Origin: an uncultured SAR86 cluster bacterium
GTDB lineage: Bacteria; Pseudomonadota; Gammaproteobacteria; Magnimaribacterales; D2472
DNA: 64,000 nucleotides
Reading direction: 5' to 3'
Assembly: GCA_964275585.1 (NCBI GenBank)
Contig: CAXYCJ010000006.1
Span: 83,387 to 147,386, forward strand
Shown here: piece by piece, positions 33,991 through 43,337 of the stretch
Layout: each line of letters starts with the position of its first letter
How positions within the stretch are numbered: position 1 is the first letter of the stretch
The notes under the pieces: generated by a model
Told to the model about the DNA's origin: nothing
Seen by the model: only the letters and a program-made list of their open reading frames with translations
Database searches by the model: none
Made by a program: the position numbers and the translations under genes

Positions 33991-35465
33991 GGCACCATAT
34001 ATTATTTTGTATAATTTTAATCTTTGCATCTTGCTCGGGTAGCTCATCAAAAGATTCTTCAGGGCTTAATTCCTTGAGTGGCCTATCAAATCAAATTTTG
34101 ATTACCAAGGTGATTGATGGCTATATTAGCGGAGCAAACGTTTTTATAGACTTGAATTGGAACCTTACCCAAGACCTAAATGAACCAAGTGCATATGAGG
34201 ATACCGAAAATCAGCTTTATTACTTTGAAGAATCTCAGTTTAGCGGAATAGAGAATTGGACAATTCTCCAATGCAGCCAAAGAAGGCCCAGGGTTGCAGA
34301 AATACCTGTTGGTGCAAATGACTCGGAGAGAGGAGAGGTGACCAGCGCATATAATTTATATTACTTTCCATATTTTGGAAATTCAAATGGGCAACAAGGT
34401 GTCCAAGGAGAGTACAGAGCAAATGTAACGCCTTTAACCTCTCTTTTTTTAGGTTACGTCAATAATTTATTAGGAGATGGAACTATTTCTGATATTGATG
34501 GTTGTGGAGCTGCTGCGGATTCCATTGCTGATCGAGTAATGGTGGAAGTTGAGGATGTATTGCGACAACTCAATGATCGTTTTGAAGTGAATGTTTATTC
34601 TTTTTATGATGATTTTATTGCAAACAGTGATGAGGCTTTACAAAGTTTTGGTGAAAAAATAGTAGACTTCTTGAAGGTCACCAATGAGGTTTCTTTTCTT
34701 TTAGAGAATGAATACGATATTAATCTAAGGACAGCATTAGATACTGAATTGGTTGAAACAATCCTAAAGCAAGAAGCTTTTGAAACTATTAGATTCCATC
34801 TGTTTAGTGATTCTCCTCGGGAAGAGCTAAGCGATGGGTTTTATACCTATGATATTTATATGTTTGCAAATGTAATTGCAGACTCTAATGGTAATCTACT
34901 GGATGTAAATAATAATCCATATGATTTAAATATCGAGAATCTAAAGTTAAATAGCACCTTTAAGATCCGTAATATTATTTTTTCTGAAGAAAATATATTT
35001 GGCGATACTAAGGTCTTGTTTGAGCAATCTGAGACAACAGCTAAAGGAGTAGAAAGACATATTGATTTTGGCAGCTTTGTTATTGGTGATGACCTGATTC
35101 GGATATCTAAAAATAGTTCTGAACGTCACATCAGAAATAAAATGACAACAGGATTAACTGTATCAATTTATAGTATCAATAATCCCTACTTTGATTATGA
35201 TTTTGAGAGGATATTCTCTACTCGTGATCCTGGAGAAATAGAGACTATTTATAATGAGATTATAGCTCTGCCTACCTCGATACAAGACATCTCTGATAAC
35301 CGCTATCTTCTATTTCATGGAGATTCCCAGGCAATATTCACTCCTGAATGGAGTTATTATGAAAGCCAAAATTCCTCATTAGACTTGTCTTGTAGAAATA
35401 ATCTGTCTAATGAAATTATTTATGGAGCTGATGCCTTTTCGTTGTGCAGTCAGCACATAAACTAG
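33987..35465 (+). CDS. Lipoprotein of unknown function
   Basis: 492 aa. Lipobox LIFASCSGSS and a Ser-rich linker. No family recognised. Start overlaps the remnant's stop (ATGA). Confidence 0.6.
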   Translation: MRHHILFCIILIFASCSGSSSKDSSGLNSLSGLSNQILITKVIDGYISGANVFIDLNWNLTQDLNEPSAYEDTENQLYYFEESQFSGIENWTILQCSQRRPRVAEIPVGANDSERGEVTSAYNLYYFPYFGNSNGQQGVQGEYRANVTPLTSLFLGYVNNLLGDGTISDIDGCGAAADSIADRVMVEVEDVLRQLNDRFEVNVYSFYDDFIANSDEALQSFGEKIVDFLKVTNEVSFLLENEYDINLRTALDTELVETILKQEAFETIRFHLFSDSPREELSDGFYTYDIYMFANVIADSNGNLLDVNNNPYDLNIENLKLNSTFKIRNIIFSEENIFGDTKVLFEQSETTAKGVERHIDFGSFVIGDDLIRISKNSSERHIRNKMTTGLTVSIYSINNPYFDYDFERIFSTRDPGEIETIYNEIIALPTSIQDISDNRYLLFHGDSQAIFTPEWSYYESQNSSLDLSCRNNLSNEIIYGADAFSLCSQHIN

Positions 35466-35549
35466 GTAAAGACAAAAGTCACTAATTCATTTTTTAAGCT
35501 TAAAAATCTCTTGTCAAAAGTAAAACAATAAATATATGCATTTGAAGAC

Positions 35550-37349
35550 ATGACATTGCCGAATCATCAAACAGTTTGGTTGGCCCTCATTATTCCATTA
35601 TTAATTTCTTGTGGAGGGGGAGGTGGTGGCTCTGCCCTTGAAATTCCTGCAGTCACTCCATCCTTTAACATCTCAGCAGCAGCTGGTGTCAATGGATCTA
35701 TTTCTCCCTCAATGGTTTCGGTTGACCAGGGTCAGACTGCCACATTCACAGTAACGCCTGAGATAGGATATTCTGTGTTATCTGTATCCGGCTGCAATGG
35801 CACATTGAGCGAAAATACCTTTACTACCGGCACTATTGTAGCGGCATGTTCAGTAACAGCTCAATTTGCAAAGTATATGAGTACGGTGTTTGAAGCAGTG
35901 GCGTATGAATTTCCTTATCCAAGCAATACTTTGGATAACCTATGCATTGAAAATCCAACTTCTGTAGGGGCAGCCACATCCATTCTTTTACCTTTAGATC
36001 TAAATCTCGATACCTTCAACGACTTAATAGTAAGTTACTTTTGTAGTCCACAAATATCTGGGCAGTATCTAGATACCCCAACACCAGACGCAATAATCAC
36101 TTTTAAAAATAATGGCGATCAAACTTTTTCACTTGCTAACTCAGAAGTTTTCGGCGACGAAACTATTAAGCTTGGTGGCGCCACCCGAAAAGGTATTTTG
36201 GCTGACTTTAATGGTGATAATTATCCTGATATTTTGTATGCCTTGAACAGAGAGGATGGAAGAGGTCAGAGCTGTAAGAATTGTGGTGCATCGAATGAAG
36301 CGCCCCAAAAAATTATTCTATCTAATGGCGATGGTACTTATGCAGTTACTGAGCTAGGTTTTAGCGAATGGACTCATGCTGTTGATGCAGTGCATATGCC
36401 ATCTGGTAATTATGATGCAGTGATTTCTGGTTTTCGAAATAACACTGTGACTGGCTTCAGATATATAGATGGCTCTATGCAAGAAGTATCAGACTATGCA
36501 AATCCAGGCGGACCTGTTAACCGTTTTGGTGCAAGCACCCTGAGATTTTTTCCAGAACTTACGCCTGCAGCTGGAAGCATGCTTGCTGTTTCTGACAGTG
36601 GAGATTGTGGCATTCAAGTTAATCTAAGCAGTTTTTCAAAAGCCAGCGGTGCATGGAGCTTTGTCAACAAAACTGATTTTAATTGCCGCACTATCCCTAA
36701 TGCATATGAGGGATATACCAACGAAGTTGGAGATCTCCCTCTCATCACTATTGATGGACAAGATTATACGGGAGGAGGATTTGGTAACGAGGAATCATGC
36801 ATCCTTGAACTCACTCCAGGGGATGCTCCTGTGGCCGTGGTTCAATTCTCAGCGCAACCCATCGCAGGTAACTATGTTGAAGGCGTTGTATACAAGCAAG
36901 CAGATCTTCCAGTGCAAAATAGACTTAATGTTTTTGATGTCAGCGATACAGCGCTTGAGCTTAAAACAGGGGTGGTTGTAAATGAAAAAATTGATGCTTT
37001 ATACAGGATTGATGCTTGTAGAGACATAAACAATGATGGTTACGATGATGTGGTGCTGCTTCAAAATGCAGGCGGTGGCGGAGAGGCAACAAACACCAGA
37101 GCTGAACCAATTGTCTATTTAAACGACAAAGATAATCATCTAGTCAAACTTGATCTTGCTGGGATACCTCTGGTTGATAAAAGTGAAGACTACCTTGTCC
37201 ATGGGTTTTTAGCAGATATGAATGGAGATGGTATTGAAGATTTAGTTTATTTCAGAGCATCAAGAGGATACATCTCATCTGACACCCTTGATCCTAGTCA
37301 GGAAAACTTTATACGTGTTTATTGGGGAGCTAAAAACCTAAAGCTCTAG
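35550..37349 (+). CDS. Lipoprotein with an N-terminal Ig-like repeat and FG-GAP/VCBS-type calcium-binding repeats
   Basis: Lipobox LLISCGGGGGGS. Bacterial Ig-like repeat segment (GVNGSISPS..VDQGQTATFTVTPEIGY..). DFNGDNYPDIL, DINNDGYDDVV and DMNGDGIEDLV loops. Confidence 0.65.
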   Translation: MTLPNHQTVWLALIIPLLISCGGGGGGSALEIPAVTPSFNISAAAGVNGSISPSMVSVDQGQTATFTVTPEIGYSVLSVSGCNGTLSENTFTTGTIVAACSVTAQFAKYMSTVFEAVAYEFPYPSNTLDNLCIENPTSVGAATSILLPLDLNLDTFNDLIVSYFCSPQISGQYLDTPTPDAIITFKNNGDQTFSLANSEVFGDETIKLGGATRKGILADFNGDNYPDILYALNREDGRGQSCKNCGASNEAPQKIILSNGDGTYAVTELGFSEWTHAVDAVHMPSGNYDAVISGFRNNTVTGFRYIDGSMQEVSDYANPGGPVNRFGASTLRFFPELTPAAGSMLAVSDSGDCGIQVNLSSFSKASGAWSFVNKTDFNCRTIPNAYEGYTNEVGDLPLITIDGQDYTGGGFGNEESCILELTPGDAPVAVVQFSAQPIAGNYVEGVVYKQADLPVQNRLNVFDVSDTALELKTGVVVNEKIDALYRIDACRDINNDGYDDVVLLQNAGGGGEATNTRAEPIVYLNDKDNHLVKLDLAGIPLVDKSEDYLVHGFLADMNGDGIEDLVYFRASRGYISSDTLDPSQENFIRVYWGAKNLKL

Positions 37350-37351
37350 GC

Positions 37352-39046
37352 TTATAAGGTTTTAAGGGTAGCTTTATAGATTTCCTGCCCATGGGAGTAG
37401 GTAGCCACAACTCTAAGGTTTAACAAATCTTGAGTTTGCATGGATAGGGGATTTTCCGATAGCACAACAAGATCAGCTAATTTGCCAACTTCAATGGTCC
37501 CTTTGATGTCTTCCTCAAAATGCTGATATGCAGCATTTATTGTCATAGCCTTTAGCGCGTCATAGGTCGAAATCCTTTGGTCTGGTCCAAGTACTTTCCC
37601 GGATCTAGTAAGACGATTTGTGGTCGACCAAAGCAGCCTAATCATGTCTGGTGGAACAATAGGAGCATCATTGTGGACAGTGAAGGGCATCTTTCTTTTG
37701 AGGGTTGAGTTTGTTGGGCTTATTCGCGAGGCTCTTTCATTGCCAAAGACAGAATCTCTATGCCAGTCTCCCCAGTAAAAAGTATGCGTTGAGAAATAAG
37801 ATGGAATAATTTTAAGCTCCTTCATTTGATCAAGTTGATCTTCTCTAACAGTTTGCGCATGAATCATGACTGTGCGATGGTCCGAAGCAATAGAAGATTT
37901 CCGCACAGCTTCAAGCAACATGTCTGCCGCTGCATCTCCATTTGCGTGAGCCATGATTGGAATTTCTGCCATTGAATATTTGTTAATGAGCTGATCAACT
38001 GACTCTTGAGGAATCAGGGGATAGCCTTTGTATTGTTCATCTTGACCATGGGGTGGGACGAGATAGGGCTTAGTAATGTATGCAGTTTTACCTTGCGGAG
38101 AGCCGTCTAAAATTAATTTAACCCCTCCCATTTTTAATCTACCTGCATAACCCCCAAAGTTGAGCGATTGAATTGATTCATCTGGAACGCCTTGAGCGAT
38201 TGGAAAGCTAATTACATCTAAGGTCAGAAGATTTTGAGTATCAGCTGCCTGCAAGAGCCCAATGGATGATTGATTTGATGCTCCGTCTTGCGCTGTGGTA
38301 ATACCATTACTTGCATAGACTTGCATGGCTTTAACAACACTGCCCATAGGATCTTTGTATGAAGCCATGGCCAATTGCTGGACAGGATATGCAGCTGTCT
38401 CCTCTAAAACACCATTTGGTTGAGAGGAATTCATCTCTCTGCGGATTTTGCCACCTGGCGGATCTTGTGACTCAAAGGTAATGTTGGCCAAAGATAAGCC
38501 AAGCGTGTTTGCTGCACCCAGATGACCTGATACATGAATTAAATATATAGGATTGATTGTGCTCACTGCATCTAAATCTTCTCTTGTTGGATGTCTTTGT
38601 TCTGTTAAGAGAGAATCATCGTAACCCATGCCTATAACCCATTCTCCTGGTTCAAGATCAGCCTTATCAATAAACTCTCTTAACTCTGACTGAATATTCC
38701 TGATTGTATTAACAGGACCAACAGGCGGCGATGCAATGTTTGCTACTTGAGTCGAAAAAGCTACAAAAGAAGCATGTCCATGCGCATCAATAAAACCTGG
38801 CAATATTGATTGATCACCATAATCTATATGCTTTCCTTCAATCTTTCTACCCTCTTCAATTGTCCCAACCCAAACAATCTTTTTATCGGTGATAGCTATT
38901 GATAGGGACGCAGCTTCCATGTCTCCGGTCATTAAAATTACATTATTAGAGCTTAATATTAGATCTGCTTCGTTGATTGCATAAGAGAGAGTAGAAAAAA
39001 TTATTCCTATAAAGATTCCAAAAGATCGAGTGGTATTTATGAGCAT
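37352..39046 (-). CDS. Secreted metal-dependent amidohydrolase (YtcJ-like), paralog of 29171-30895
   Basis: Start moved to the Met at 39046 (MLINTTRSFGIFIGIIFSTLSYA signal peptide). PGFIDAHGH, HANGDAA and HNDAP motifs. Confidence 0.8.
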   Translation of the reverse strand: MLINTTRSFGIFIGIIFSTLSYAINEADLILSSNNVILMTGDMEAASLSIAITDKKIVWVGTIEEGRKIEGKHIDYGDQSILPGFIDAHGHASFVAFSTQVANIASPPVGPVNTIRNIQSELREFIDKADLEPGEWVIGMGYDDSLLTEQRHPTREDLDAVSTINPIYLIHVSGHLGAANTLGLSLANITFESQDPPGGKIRREMNSSQPNGVLEETAAYPVQQLAMASYKDPMGSVVKAMQVYASNGITTAQDGASNQSSIGLLQAADTQNLLTLDVISFPIAQGVPDESIQSLNFGGYAGRLKMGGVKLILDGSPQGKTAYITKPYLVPPHGQDEQYKGYPLIPQESVDQLINKYSMAEIPIMAHANGDAAADMLLEAVRKSSIASDHRTVMIHAQTVREDQLDQMKELKIIPSYFSTHTFYWGDWHRDSVFGNERASRISPTNSTLKRKMPFTVHNDAPIVPPDMIRLLWSTTNRLTRSGKVLGPDQRISTYDALKAMTINAAYQHFEEDIKGTIEVGKLADLVVLSENPLSMQTQDLLNLRVVATYSHGQEIYKATLKTL

Positions 39047-39276
39047 ATTTTTTTTGTAGCTAATTAATAAAGAGCTTAATGGTATCTCATTAAATTTTAT
39101 ACACATAACCATCAGAAATTTAATTCTAATTATCCCCCTGTAACTAAAGAGAAAAACTTTAAGCAATATTCATATTGTTTATTTTATTTTGTGGATATAT
39201 ATGAATTTTTAATGTTAGGATTATAAATAACACATTTATCTTGATACATTTTACTTTGTTTAGGAGGAGTAAACCC

Positions 39277-42174
39277 ATGAAGAATTTATTATTTACAACC
39301 ACTCTGCGGGCTTCTGTTTTGGCTTTTAGTCTGTTGCTTATTTCATATCCAGCGCTATCTCAAGAAGCTTCTTCAAATACTATTGAAGAGATAATTGTTA
39401 CATCTCAAAGAACCGAAGAAAGTCTTCAAGATGTGCCAATAGCGGTTACAGCTTTAACCTCAGACATGCTTGAAGATATGCAAATCGAAGGTGGGTCAGA
39501 TCTTCAGTTAGTTACTCCTAGTTTAAGTTTTCAAGGAAGTGATGCATCAGGAGGCTCATTTAATATTCGTGGTATTACCAATCTAGCAGTTTCTGCAACA
39601 TCTGAATCAGGGGTTGAGATTCATGTTAATGACATACCTGTTGGCGCAACAACTATGCAAGATGGTGAATTTTTAGACATGGAGCGTATTGAAGTCTTAA
39701 GAGGTCCACAAGGAACGCTTTATGGAAAAAATTCAGTGGGCGGAGTGATTAACTTGATCACAGCCAGACCTAAGTTTGGTGAAACTTTTGGAAAATTTTC
39801 TGTAGATATGGGCAGTTTTGATCTATTGAAATCTAAGGTTACTTTAAACATTCCCTTGGGTGACACTCTTGCTATGAGAGTTGCCATGGCCTCAATTGGA
39901 AGAGATGGGGACATTAAAAATATTTACTCTAAAGCCAAAACAAGCCATGTTAATGATAGACATTCAAACAATTTTAGAATTTCTTTAGCATGGGACGCAA
40001 ATGATCGAACAGATGTTTTGTTTGTTCATGAACGCTATAAAGAAGACTCAAACAGGCATTATGTTAATAATGTTTACTGTCAACGCGATCCGTCTTTTGT
40101 ATCTGGTTGTGTCCCTGGCGGAGCAAGAGTGCATGAGCTGACCCATCCTATGGCAACGTTTGTTGAAAATTTAGCTGTGTTAACTGGGATTCTAGATTTT
40201 ACTCCATTCACCGATATGTCCGGAGCTCCAAAAGGTTTTTGGGAGGCTAATATTAGAGGTAATCCTAAATATGTAGTTGATCAAGACATCACTCAGTTGA
40301 TAGTTAACCATGAATTGAATGATGATTGGAATTTAACTTTTTCAGCACAACAAAAAGATAGGCTCTATGACAGAACGGGTTCTTACGCATCCGAAGAGAT
40401 GGATAGATTAAGATTTAAAGATAATCCATATTTTCCTGGAGGGAATATTCCCATGAGTGGATATGGATCAAACTGTAATATTGAGGATGGAACCATGGGT
40501 GTCTATGGAGGTTGTATTACAGACACGATGAATTACCCAGATGGTTTTGACAGGAATGTTGCACAAGGAGAAAGCGAAGTTGTTGAGATAAGAATTCAAT
40601 CAAACCTTGATGGTAATTGGAATTATTTATTCGGTGCAATTCATGCTGAATCAAGTTCTAAAGTCGTCTATGATATCGCTGCAAATGGACTCGACGCTTT
40701 GGCTCTAGCTCCTCCTCCAGTTCTTACTGGCGGCGTCCCTCAAGGATATGTTCAGCTATATGCACCCTTGTATCAAACAAACACCAAAGCTGCTACAAGA
40801 AGCACAGCAATTTTTGGTGAGGTTTACTATCAAGCAAGCGATAGGCTTAAATACACAGTTGGTCTAAGGAACACTGAAGATTACAAAGAGCAATATGGCT
40901 TCTCACCTTTCTTGAGCGCACCAGGCTTCGGCAGCATAGGCGGTGGATTCACTGCTATGCCTGGGACAAGTCTGCCAACTTATGGTGATTCTTGGTATGC
41001 CTCAGGAACTCCAGGAGATCCAGAAACCGAATATAGCAATACGACAGGAAGGTTTGTGGTCGACTATGCTTTAAGTGACAACTCACTTGTTTATGGATCC
41101 ATATCAAAAGGATTTAAAGGAGGAGGGTTTAATCCACCTCTTGATCCAGCAAAATATCCTGATACGCCTCAAGTCTTCCCAGACACAGAGCTAATGGCTT
41201 ATGAGGTTGGCATCAAAATTGATTTTCCTGAAAGAGGTATGAGGTTAAATACTTCAGCTTATATGTACGATGCTTCAGATTATCAAGTCACCAAGATTCA
41301 GAATAAAACACGTGTCAACGAAGGTATTGATGTTGACATGATGGGTGTAGAGTCTGAATTTATCTGGGTTCCATTGAGTGCCCCCCAATGGCAAATTAAT
41401 GTTGGGTTAAGTTTTGAGGAGTCTGAAGTTGCAAGCGGTAACATGCTTCTTAATCCAGCCAATGCTGATCTGTGTTTAACCACAGGATGTGGTAATTGGC
41501 ATCTAATGAAAGATGGTTCGGATGGAGAAGTTTTTGTGGTGCGAAAGGATATTGCAACAGCTATTTTGCAAACATGGCAGGCTGGTGCATTTGGGCCTTT
41601 GCAAAATGGTATTCTACTTCCAGCTGAATTCCATGGTGATAGGGCCTCTGGAGTTCCAACTCCTGTGAGTTATCTTCAAACTGGTTTAACGCCAGGGCAC
41701 TTACCTTCACTCACTGCCTCAAGAACTTACTATGAATACATGGCAGGAGCTATGTGTGCAGCCTTTGGCTGCGCTGTTAGCGATGTTGTTAAAGATGGTT
41801 TGCTTTCAGATATTAGTGGCAATTCTCTAACTCATCCAGAATTTATGGCTAATGTTGGAGTGCAATACACCATGTCAACTGAGAGCTATAAGGTAAACTT
41901 TAGGTTGGATGCTTATCACCAAGGTGAGAGATACACTTCATTGTTTAATTTAGATTGGGACAAAGTTGATCCATGGACTGAATACAATGCAATGATCTCC
42001 ATTACTCCGACTCGAGAGGATGCGAATTGGCGTGTTGATATTTACGGTCAAAATATTACTGATGAAGAAAATGTTATGAATATAGGAGATGCTACTGCGC
42101 CTCTTGGTTTTAATAAAAGTATATGGGCAAGACCTCAGGCTACCTATGGAATTAAGTGGACTCTTAACTTCTAG
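39277..42174 (+). CDS. TonB-dependent outer-membrane receptor
   Basis: ATG at 39277 behind AGGAGG. Signal peptide, plug (IEEIIVTSQRTEESLQDVPIAVTAL), C-terminal ..YGIKWTLNF. Confidence 0.9.
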   Translation: MKNLLFTTTLRASVLAFSLLLISYPALSQEASSNTIEEIIVTSQRTEESLQDVPIAVTALTSDMLEDMQIEGGSDLQLVTPSLSFQGSDASGGSFNIRGITNLAVSATSESGVEIHVNDIPVGATTMQDGEFLDMERIEVLRGPQGTLYGKNSVGGVINLITARPKFGETFGKFSVDMGSFDLLKSKVTLNIPLGDTLAMRVAMASIGRDGDIKNIYSKAKTSHVNDRHSNNFRISLAWDANDRTDVLFVHERYKEDSNRHYVNNVYCQRDPSFVSGCVPGGARVHELTHPMATFVENLAVLTGILDFTPFTDMSGAPKGFWEANIRGNPKYVVDQDITQLIVNHELNDDWNLTFSAQQKDRLYDRTGSYASEEMDRLRFKDNPYFPGGNIPMSGYGSNCNIEDGTMGVYGGCITDTMNYPDGFDRNVAQGESEVVEIRIQSNLDGNWNYLFGAIHAESSSKVVYDIAANGLDALALAPPPVLTGGVPQGYVQLYAPLYQTNTKAATRSTAIFGEVYYQASDRLKYTVGLRNTEDYKEQYGFSPFLSAPGFGSIGGGFTAMPGTSLPTYGDSWYASGTPGDPETEYSNTTGRFVVDYALSDNSLVYGSISKGFKGGGFNPPLDPAKYPDTPQVFPDTELMAYEVGIKIDFPERGMRLNTSAYMYDASDYQVTKIQNKTRVNEGIDVDMMGVESEFIWVPLSAPQWQINVGLSFEESEVASGNMLLNPANADLCLTTGCGNWHLMKDGSDGEVFVVRKDIATAILQTWQAGAFGPLQNGILLPAEFHGDRASGVPTPVSYLQTGLTPGHLPSLTASRTYYEYMAGAMCAAFGCAVSDVVKDGLLSDISGNSLTHPEFMANVGVQYTMSTESYKVNFRLDAYHQGERYTSLFNLDWDKVDPWTEYNAMISITPTREDANWRVDIYGQNITDEENVMNIGDATAPLGFNKSIWARPQATYGIKWTLNF

Positions 42175-42196
42175 ACCTCAGCCTTTTAAATTTAAA

Positions 42197-42222
42197 GACC
42201 TCGCATTTGCGGGGTCTTTTTT
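42197..42222. terminator. Hairpin terminator between convergent genes
   Basis: GACCTCGC-ATTT-GCGGGGTC followed by T6. Lies between the TBDR stop and the esterase stop. Confidence 0.6.
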
Positions 42223-43207
42223 ATTGTATGACACCATTAATGTCATACTTTGAAAAGAAGTCCCAAACTTTTTGACTGGCATCGGGGTCCTTGATGCTCA
42301 CGAAGATAGATCCCGGCCAAATATGATCAGCGCCTTGAACATAAAGATGAATATTTTGAGTGCCGTTTAGACAATTATCATATAAATATGTCTCAGTCCA
42401 AGATGTTGTTCCTGGAGTAATTCCAGGTGTTGCAAGCAAGTAGTCATCGCAGCCATTGTTCCCTTTCCAATACTCCATAACCTCCATAATTGATTTCATG
42501 TTTCTTGTATCTGATCCCTTGTGGGGAACGGTGGCATCAAGCGAGCCATGTATCTGCAAAACTGGAGTAGGCTTTCTAGGGTTGCAGTTATCAAATGTGC
42601 TGTATGTCATCGAGCCAGTTACAGATGCAACTGCGGCAAAGCTCGCACTTAAATTGCATGCTAGATGAAAACTAAAAAAACCGCCATTTGACATTCCAGT
42701 TGAGTAAATTCTCTCTGCATTGATGGAGTATTTATCCATTAATAAATTAATAAGATTTTCAGTAAATTTGACATCATCATGCACGCTTTCTGACCAGCCT
42801 TTAATATTCCAATAACTGGTTCCAAAAATATCATCAAGGGCCTCAGGATGCACCAGAATAAATCCATTGGCATCAGCTTGAGAGCGCAGATCTCCATATG
42901 CCATTTGCTGGCTGGCATTACTGCCATAACCATGAAAATTAAATACCAAAGGTTGTTTTGATGAACTGTTATAGCTTGATGGGACATAAAGAATAAACGT
43001 ACGATCAATGTCTTCGTAGCTTATGGTTCCATTTATCGTGCCCTGTGCTTGAGATTTAAGATTACTTGATACGGCTGGCATTGGCGGAGTGACTGGAGCG
43101 GTTGGAGTTGGCTGAATCGATGGGCCGCTGCCTCCGCCTCCACCACCACAAGAAATGAGAAGTTGAGCAGCAAGTAAAGTTACAAATAAATGGGATACTT
43201 TCATCAT
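42221..43207 (-). CDS. Lipoprotein esterase of the PHB-depolymerase/feruloyl-esterase (LpqC-like) family
   Basis: Lipobox LLISCGGGGGGSG. FNFHGYG oxyanion region, nucleophile GMSNGG, HGSLD. Confidence 0.7.
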   Translation of the reverse strand: MMKVSHLFVTLLAAQLLISCGGGGGGSGPSIQPTPTAPVTPPMPAVSSNLKSQAQGTINGTISYEDIDRTFILYVPSSYNSSSKQPLVFNFHGYGSNASQQMAYGDLRSQADANGFILVHPEALDDIFGTSYWNIKGWSESVHDDVKFTENLINLLMDKYSINAERIYSTGMSNGGFFSFHLACNLSASFAAVASVTGSMTYSTFDNCNPRKPTPVLQIHGSLDATVPHKGSDTRNMKSIMEVMEYWKGNNGCDDYLLATPGITPGTTSWTETYLYDNCLNGTQNIHLYVQGADHIWPGSIFVSIKDPDASQKVWDFFSKYDINGVIQ

Positions 43208-43337
43208 GGTTATCTATCTTAAGGCGAGTTTAAATTTCGTACAAATTTACTTTCAATACTTCACTATTAATTATTATTAAGAGGATCAATTTTATTTGTT
43301 AGACTATAATTTTAATTTTTAACAAGCGAGATACACA

